Assembly: GCA_046563655.1 (NCBI GenBank)
Contig: CM102284.1
Span: 7,626,001 to 7,690,000 of the forward strand
From: Yuukianura sp. NJ FZ-2021
Taxonomy: Eukaryota
DNA: 64,000 nucleotides
Direction: 5' to 3'
Part shown: one piece after another, positions 55,721 through 64,000 of the stretch
Position numbering within the stretch: position 1 is the stretch's first letter
Layout of the letters: each line of letters starts with the position of its first letter
Program-made: the position numbers and the translations under genes
The notes under the pieces: model-generated
What the model saw: only the letters and a program-made list of their open reading frames with translations
Told to the model about the DNA's origin: nothing
Database searches by the model: none

Positions 55721-58700
55721 ATGTTTCGATCCGAAATGTTTTTCGGTTTTTTAATTGTTGTCGCTTTTGCAGCGACATTGACCGGGTCATCAGCTCCGTT
55801 TGGGCTTCCAGCAGATCTTAGTTCTTCAGAACCAGAATTTTTGCGTCCGTTAAGTTCAATTGAACTGCTGAATCGCTTAGATGGGAACGTTGTTCCGACT
55901 AATTACGTTTTGAAAATTACTCCAATTATTGAGGGTGGTGCTGAGGCTGAAATTTTTACTGCTCCTGGAGAAGTTAAGATAACTGTTGATTGTATCACTG
56001 CTACAACTACAGTTAAACTTAACGCTAAAAACATCGAGTTCACCAAAGAAGATGTCACGGTCAGTACTTTCTTAAGTTTAGCACACGCAATCTTTACTCT
56101 AACTAGAGCATTCCCTGCCAAAAACAAAAATTTAGCGTCATTTTAAGAGTTGTGTTCTGCTGATTTTTTTTTCTAAAGATCGTTGATAGTGACGACATTC
56201 CGGTTGCCGTTGATTCAATTTCGAACGATCAAGAAACGACAGAAACCGTGACACTTAACGTTCCTGCTGGACTCGTTGCTGGCAGTACTTACGAAATTAC
56301 AATCAACTTTGTATCTCAAGTCAACGACGGTACGTCCGGTCTCTACCGGTCATCATACGACCTTGAAAATGGCGAAACAAAGTGAGTCTGCGCAAAACAA
56401 GGCTTTTCTTTAAGGTTTCAAACATTATTCCAAAATTTTCTCATTTCTTTTCAACTTTTTTCTCTTGAAGGTATTTGGCGACAACGCAATTTGAACAGAC
56501 CGGTGCACGATATGCATTTCCGTGTTTCGACGAACCGGCACTTCGAGCGACCTTTGACATTCGAATTGGACGTAACCGGGAAATGGTTGGGTACCACACA
56601 TTGTCAAACATGCCGAAATCCGATCCACAACCGACACCAGAAGAGCCAGTTCCAGGGTACGGTTTACCGTTTCGGTTTACCGAATCCGAAACACTTGAAA
56701 AGTCAAGGCCACTAGTATGATGTCATTTGAAGACAATGTGTGATGTGTTCTTTTGTAGGTTGGAGGGCTACTTCTATGATTACTTTCAACAAACGCCGCC
56801 CATGTCAACGTATCTTATCGCAATCATTGTGTCCGATTTCACCTCTGTCATTGCTGCAAATGATGCTCTTGTTACAGTAAACTGCAATTAATCTTAAAAT
56901 TATGTTCAAAATTGGTTTTTTCAAAAAAGTCAATTTTTGGATTTAAAATTTTTTTTTGTTGACCTAGGTATGGGGTCCAAGTAATCGAATGATCCATCCT
57001 GTAACGGGTATTAACAATGGAAAATATGCTGCCGATGCTGCTTCCAGAATACAAAGTTTTTTCAAAAGCTATTTCAAACATGCTGACGTTCCAGAAGATC
57101 TCACCATCAAATTGGATTCTGCAGCCATTCCAGACTTTTCTCCTGGTACAACTTGAAACAATTTTAGGAAGAAATGTTCAAATTTTTGAATTTTTGAACC
57201 GTTTCAAAATTTTTGTTTAGGTGCAATGGAAAACTGGGGTTTGAATACTTACCGCCTGTCCAGACTTCTGTTTGTTGAAGATGACATGACGCGACAAGAG
57301 CTTTGGTCTATTGCTGCTGTTCTGGCTCACGAAATTGCACATCAGTGGTTTGGAAACATAGTCACCATTAAGTGGTGGAATGACTACTATCTCAAGGAAG
57401 GATTCGTACGTTTCAAAATTTCAAAAAATTAAAAAAATTCGAAATTCAGAAAATATTACCATTTTTGAATTCCAGGCAAGGTATTTGCAATTCCTGGGCG
57501 TGGCCGGAACAGACACGACTTTTGATGCTTTGGATCGAATTCCTGTTGACACGATACAGAAGGCAATGCTATTCGATGTCACTCCAGCCACTCATCCAAT
57601 TTGGGAAGATGTCACTGATGTCGCTGGAGACCAAAATTCTCGAATCATTTACGAAAAGGCAGCGTCTGTTATTCGTATGATGGAAGGATTCCTGAACGAA
57701 GTGCGTGATCCAGTTGACTCCAACGGTGCAACGGACACAGTGCTGCGGCGAGCTCTTGTCAGATACTTAGCAACACAGTAAGATCGATCTAAAAAAAAAC
57801 CAAATGAGCAAAGTTTTTTGAAATTGCTTCCAAATTTACATTCGAAATTTCAAAATTTTGTTTTTGAAAATTAGCAACGATGCGGGGTATGCCACTCAAG
57901 AAGATTTGTACGCCGCTTTGCAAGCAGAAGTGGACGCGTCGGATGTCCAACTGGATAAGTCAATCAAGGAAATCATGGATACTTGGACAACACAATCAGG
58001 ATACCCGCTTGTCCGTGTTTCCAGTATTTCTAGTACCATAATGTATGTTTCACAGGTTGGTGTTAAGTTAATGTTAAAGTTACTTTTAGTTTTAGTTAAG
58101 TTAACTTAGCATAGTTAATTAGCTTTTGTTCTCCAGGAAAAATATGTTGCGGATATCAACGTGAGAAATGCTGGAGTGGAGGCAGCATTTTGGGAGATTC
58201 CGATATCATATGTAACGCAAAAAGAAATCGCCGGAGAAGAGGAGAATCCTGGAGCACTTCCAGAAAACTACCGACCGGCTAACTGGCTCGGTGTGGACAA
58301 AACTATCACTTCCGTGGAAGCGGATACTTCTGGATGGATCCTGGTCAATCCAGAAGCTAAAGGTAAAATTCCTTGAAAAATTTTCATAAATTGTGAAATA
58401 TTGTGATAAATTATAAAGAATTATGCCGAATTATAGAACTTAAAAAATTATAGAAAGAAAATGTAGAAATTATCAAAATCATAGAAATTACAGAAAAATT
58501 ATAAAACATTATAGCAATTATAAACATAAAGAATTATAGAAATTATAAAAATCATACAAGTTATAAAAATTATGAAAATTATAAAAATTATAACCTTTAA
58601 TTATTTTTAGCCTATTATCGAGTGCTCTACGATAAGGACTTATACGACAAGCTGTTGCTGCAATTCAATGGACAGAATCCAGACCACAGTGTAATTCCAG

Positions 58701-61486
58701 TTGCTAGTCGAAGCCAACTGCTGGACGATTACTTCAACTTTGCATTCGACCGTAATTAACTATTTAAGCGATTCCTGTAAATTAGTAATATAATATTATA
58801 ATATAACAATAATATTATATTTTTTATGTTTAGGTTATGAGGACATTGAACGTGCACTTGAACTGACCAATTACTTGGACAGAGAAACGGAACGCTCAGT
58901 ATGGATCACTGCCATGACCCACTTTCGCAAAATCTACAATCACATGCGCAATCCTGGCAGTGTTCACTTCGACGCATTGAAGGTACCGCTCAATTCTAAA
59001 AATTTCGGTGCTTGTTCTAAAAATCGTTTTTTAAATATGTTTAGAACCACTTGATTGCCAAAATCCGACAGCAGTTTGTGCTCTTAACCAATTTGAACAC
59101 GTATACTTCGGTACAGTTGATGCTCAAAAGCATTTTGATGGAGTGGATGTGCATGCTTGACACTCAGGAATGCACGGACGAAACGACTGCTGTTCTGGAT
59201 CCGTGGGAATCCGATCCACCAGAACGGTAATGACGGAGTGTCGGTTTCGGTTTCGGAACATCGGTTTTCTAGATTTTTTTTTGAATCTTTCAGAACACAT
59301 TTGTACGCGGACATCATGTTTTCGGCATTCTGTCGCGGCTATGAAGAAGAAGCAACAGCACAACCATGGCGGCAACTCATTCACGACAGATATGAACCGA
59401 AATTAGTTGTACCGACCAATTACAATGCTTGGCTGTACAGAGCCAGAGGATGTCACCCTGATGCTACTACACTTCCAGGGTAAGTTTCAGCCGCCATGTT
59501 ACGCACTTCAAATTTTATAAATTTTTTGAAAATTTTGAAAATTACAACAAATACTGGCAATTTTAGGTTGCTGATGGGCACTATTGACCAAATGACGGAC
59601 GATCCCAGAGATCACCGGAAAAGCCTCATTGACCAAATCGCAGGACGCACGGACGGATTCACATCTGTCATGGCATTCCTCAACAATATGGAAAACACCC
59701 AACTTATCATTTCGGAGTAAGATTGAAATTTCTAAAATTTTAGGAAACAATTATGCGGCTGGGACGTAGAAGGGCGACTTTCGTGTTTACTCCAATATTT
59801 TCCCGTCGCCTTGGCGATTTTTCGAAAAATTCACCACTTTAAGGGCTGTTCACACTTTGCCTTTATGTACTCCGATTTTTTGTCGCAGAGTTTTGTTTAT
59901 ATTTTTTTTAATGTACGTACTGAATTTTAACGCGCATTGTTTGCGATATCATCGGAAGAAACAAAATTTCGCGGATAGATATGCGGATACCTATTAACAC
60001 GTGAAAACATCACTCCAGTGGATAGCGTAATCACACGTGAAAATGTCCTTCCCGAACCCGTCGGACGACAGAAATCACAGATGTGATGTGATTCACATGT
60101 AAAAATTACTGCAGGAATCACCCACGAATCTCGCAGTTGGTAATGCGTAAGAAAAAAAACCGCAGCCGCCACTAGAGTACGTGAAAAAACTCCCATCAGC
60201 GAGCATCGCAGTTGCACGCAAACAAGTTGGCCATTTAGGCGAGAATTCGAATGTAAAATTCTCATGCGCTGCTGTCGCCTTGTTAAGTGAAAACATAATG
60301 ACAATATAAAACCGCATATTACGTGGACACAAGCACACAGCTGACACTTTCCGCATACGATTGCAATATTTGGCGCTGCATATTTTTCACGTTGAATTTC
60401 CGTTGCGAGTAGGCGTGCGGTTTCGATGAGTTTCTGTGAGATTTCAGCTGCGATGTTTACATGCGGTTTCAGCTGCGATTTTCATATGCGGGTATCAGTT
60501 TCAATTTTGACGTGCGCTGTTTAGGTCCGATTTCAGCTGAGGCTTAGTTGCGATTTTAAAGTGCGATTTAGGTTACAATTTTGATCTGTGATTTCAGCTG
60601 CGATATTCACGTGCGATTTCAGCGTCAATTTTTACTTGTGAATGTGATTACAGTTGTAACGTCTATGTGCGATTTCAGCGACGAGTAGGACTGTACCACA
60701 TTATACTACCATTGCAATTTGTATTGTGTGACAAACCGATCCAATTTTACGCTCGCAGCGAAAGTCGACAGAAATTGAAATTTTTGACTTATTGTTATTT
60801 AAACATTATTTCTAGAATTCAACGAGTAGTGACTTTTCTACACTATTTGATGGAGATGATAATATTAAGCCAATAATGGTTTAAATTATATTATTTGTAC
60901 ATTAACATCATTATCATTATTATTAATTTATTATTATGAGATATAATATTATAAACCAATTCGCGTTCGCCATCTGCTGTGAATATTATTAGCGTTGAAT
61001 TGCGCTCACGAGTTCATTGTGTGCACCACCCTTTATATTTTGAAATTTTGTCCAAAATCGCCACGGAAAATCGAAAAAAAGATGTAAACACCAAACTCCC
61101 CCTTCTACGTCCCAACTGCACAATTTTTCGAAACTTTTTGAAAAAATGTTTTTCAATTACTACATGGAAATCATTTTTTTAGACTTGGTGACGACACGAT
61201 TAGTGCCGCAATTGCAACGCTGAGCACCCACGCAAGCACGGCGGAGCAACAGGCTGAGGTAAGCGTCTCGACTTTTAAAATTTTTTAAATTTTGAAATTT
61301 TTTGAAAACTGTTCTGTAAACTTGAAATTGTAGGTTCAAGCCTACTACGATTTGATGACAGGAGTGCTTCCTGAAAATATTTTAACGTCCATCAACTCTT
61401 CAATTGCTGCAATTCAATTGAACAGAGACTGGAATACTGAATTTGGTTACCGTGTTGGGTGCTACCTTGATCCAACAACTTGTTAA
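55721..61486 (+). CDS. Aminopeptidase N-like M1 metallopeptidase, many exons
   Basis: N-terminal hydrophobic signal, [49 protein letters not shown] zinc ligands, [29 protein letters not shown]. Ends ..GCYLDPTTC*. Confidence 0.93.
58385..58595. repeat. Degenerate about 9-bp AT-rich intronic tandem repeat (AATTATA(A/G)A)n
   Basis: Repeated AATTATAAA/AATTATAGA-like units fill an aminopeptidase intron. Confidence 0.8.
59753..61121. mobile_element. Degenerate non-autonomous DNA transposon (about 1.37 kb) in an aminopeptidase intron
   Basis: Imperfect TIRs of about 100 bp starting (A/G)TGC(G/A)G(C/T)TGGGACGTAGAAGGG, AATT on both flanks, and internal TGCGATTTCAGC repeats at about 60420-60680. It expands the intron to about 1.46 kb. 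Confidence 0.75.
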
Positions 61487-62336
61487 TCCTTCCGCACTCT
61501 AGATCATAATTGCAGCAATTACAGTTAAATTACTAATTGAAAATTAAAATTCACATTTCGGTTTTCGTGTTTTAATAATTTGCAATAACTTTAAATTTTA
61601 ACAACAAAAGCTTTTGCGAATGCTTTTTAAGGACTACGATTAAGGCGTTCTATTTAAATGTTTTTGTGTAAATTAGAAATTGTATCACGATTTACCAAAA
61701 CTTTTAAAACTAATAACGATCTAAATGACATAGATATTTTTTGCATAACATTTCAGCAAATTGGGAATTTTTCGCGAATTGTAAGCGTGAAAGTATAGTG
61801 AGAGGATTGGGAAATCCAAGGAATTTGCCCAAAGTTAATTTTAGCACAGTGATAAAAGTTTGCAAAATTTCGCACAAACAAAAACTGTGACGTGGTTTCC
61901 GGTGCTAAAAATCCATTTTAGACAAACAAGGACTGTGACACTGTGCAATTACGCAACAGCAACTCTAAATTTAACTTCGTTCTTAAAGTTAAGCTGACGA
62001 CAAACCTAACGTGACCTTTGACCTCCACCGCATGACTAATCCAGAAAAACTTCAAGTCCAGTCATAAACTTATAATTAACACGTTGACCTCTCAAAGTGT
62101 TAAAGTTTAACAGATATTAGAGAGGTCAAGTTCGAAAATGAATGCTAAACCATTACGTGCTATCTACTCACATCAATTGACTAACTAATTAGCTAACTAA
62201 TGTTAATTAACTAATGTGAACATGTAAAAACTAGTTTCAGTTTGCTATTTAGCAGGAGACGTTTGATCTATATGCTACACGGTCAACTAAAAACTAACTA
62301 AAGGTACTTGTTTGATGTGAATTTTAAAACTTTCAC

Positions 62337-64000
62337 TCAGACTATTGCATTCTGATTTGAAGTTGAAGTTGATCTGCTGGAGGCTGGAATATGCACGGCT
62401 GGAAGGTCAACATGTCCAGCGATAACGCTGTTGGGAGGGGCATGAGGAGCCACTTCGGCTGATCCGTCGTCAGTATCACTCAGAGTATCCATGTCAGCCG
62501 GATCGAGGTTTATAGCCGCAGCATGTTCCAGCCCCCTAGCTCCTCCTCCTCCAGCCGCTTGCAAATCACGGGGTAAGCTAGTTGACCTTCCAGCAAAGCT
62601 TGACGCTTGAAGCGATGGCACCGGAGCACGGGATCCTTGAGGCACTTCTGTGCTTTGCCCAAAACTACTCGAACCGTGCACTTCGGCTAAAACCGGAAGA
62701 CTCCGGAGACTGCGACTCCTTTGCTCATCTGAGTCAGTACTGCTAATGGAAGAACTGTCTGTGGAAGTGGCGGGGTCTTGACCTTGAGCATGGGCACGGT
62801 GTGACTGTTGACCTCTACGCCCTTGCTGGTGAAGTAGGGGATGCCGACGTATTCGAAAGAGACTGTCCTAGAATGTGCAATTTTTTAGAATTTTGAAAAA
62901 ATTTTGAAAAAAAAATAGATTCTGATTGATCTTTGACTCACTCCTTGCTGAACAAATGTACTGCTACTGCTGGATGCTGGATTGGGATTTGCAGTAGGAT
63001 TTCGCAACAACGGTGTTCGTTCATCCTCAGAGTCTGAATCTGAATCGCTAAAACGTTCTTCTGCCAAGATGATTTTCCTCTTGCATACTGGACATACTCG
63101 GCGATTCTTCGTCAGCCACGGATCAATACATACCGAATGATAGCCATGCGAGCAGGGTAGTACTCTGACTTTGTCTTGCTCAATGAAATCTTCAAGGCAG
63201 ACAGCACAAGTCTAAAAGTAAAAGTTACAAGTAAATCCTGCCAGCCCAGCATTTTATACAAATAGTAAAGGCTTGAAATCCTACTTCATATGGATCGCCT
63301 TTGGTCCATCTTGTAATAGGCAGCTTCTTTAACATTGAGCTCGGCAGTTTCCTTCTACGACTTCTCCGGCGTTCCTGTAGCCATCTTGTCACTTGCTGCC
63401 ACACCTATAAAAAATGAAAATTTTGAAATCACCTTGAAATGTTGAAAATGTGATCGTGATGTCAAATTTTAACACTAAAAAACCTCTCTCGCCACTATGT
63501 TATGAAAAAAAAGTTAACGAATTTGGCATCACGATCTTGTGCAGTTAATAGGAAGTATTTGTTAGCTGATGGTGTACATACGAGACGAACCATGAAAAGC
63601 AGCATTATCACGAAACACACGGAGACTACGATTGCAAATGGATAGATGTAGCCAGAAAACGAAAAGTCATCTTCAATTTTCAAGACAAACTCGAAATTGG
63701 ATGCAGTAATTGAATAGTTGTCTCTGAGTAGATGACCATTGTACTCTCCAACGAAGGCAGCGTAAATGACTAATCGTTCTGCATCCTTCACCGTCATCGG
63801 CTCCGTTCTAAAAATGTACAAATACGCAATGTTTTAAAACTGATACAAGATCATTAGTTCAAATTGTTTTAGAAGCGGTGTTTTCTAACCTGTTCGACCC
63901 GACGTTATGAATGATGATGGCACTGTAGCCCATATTTTGAGCATTTTCTATCTTAGTCTGAAAGTCACAGTCGAATCTTTGGGCTATCAGGATCCAGTTC
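62337..64000 (-). CDS. RNF13: PA-TM-RING-H2 E3 ligase of the RNF13/RNF167 (godzilla) type, 5' end outside window
   Basis: PA domain (LIAQRFDCDFQTKIENAQNMGYSAIIIHNVGS), TM YIYPFAIVVSVCFVIMLLFM, RING-H2 CAVCLEDF..LPCSHGYHSVCIDPWLTKNRRVCPVCKR, then SDSDSEDERTPLL. Confidence 0.9.

Noticed and set aside
59927-60876. ORFs inside the large aminopeptidase intron as a transposase
   Set aside because: No DDE or other transposase motifs are visible, and the sequence is repeat-derived.

Overview
Gene-dense, AT-rich eukaryotic DNA with short (about 60-120 nt) GT-AG introns. It is an arthropod (sulfakinin precursor; a springtail-like compact hexapod genome is a guess from gene style only). Spliced genes I could reconstruct, in order: sulfakinin (-), succinyl-CoA ligase beta (-), a compact divergent Shaker/Kv1-type K+ channel (-), UQCRC2-like (+), a 16-exon Cys/Pro-rich gene missing from the ORF track (+), a LITAF-domain gene (+), a single-filamin-repeat orphan (+), asparaginase/ankyrin ASPG (-), NSRP1/CCDC55 (-), SEL1L (+), an orphan membrane protein (-), ZMPSTE24 (-), a small Cys/Lys-rich orphan (-), a RING-HC protein with an N-terminal hydrophobic segment (+), MED12 (-), an M1 aminopeptidase N (+) and the 3' part of RNF13/RNF167 (-). 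Mobile and repeat content: a 5'-truncated, stop-free CRE-like non-LTR retrotransposon with a candidate 13-bp TSD, several MITEs, a perfect foldback with 172-bp arms just behind the RING gene, and a 162-bp tandem array. Main finding: the micro-exon Cys/Pro gene (about 295 aa, about 25% Cys, one 6-nt exon, 11 of 14 internal exons frame-symmetric) lies entirely between perfect 11-bp hAT-like TIRs with subterminal repeats and a 6/8-matching target-site duplication. This makes it a candidate gene-carrying (Pack-type) DNA transposon. All gene models are manual and need RNA-seq and homology confirmation.
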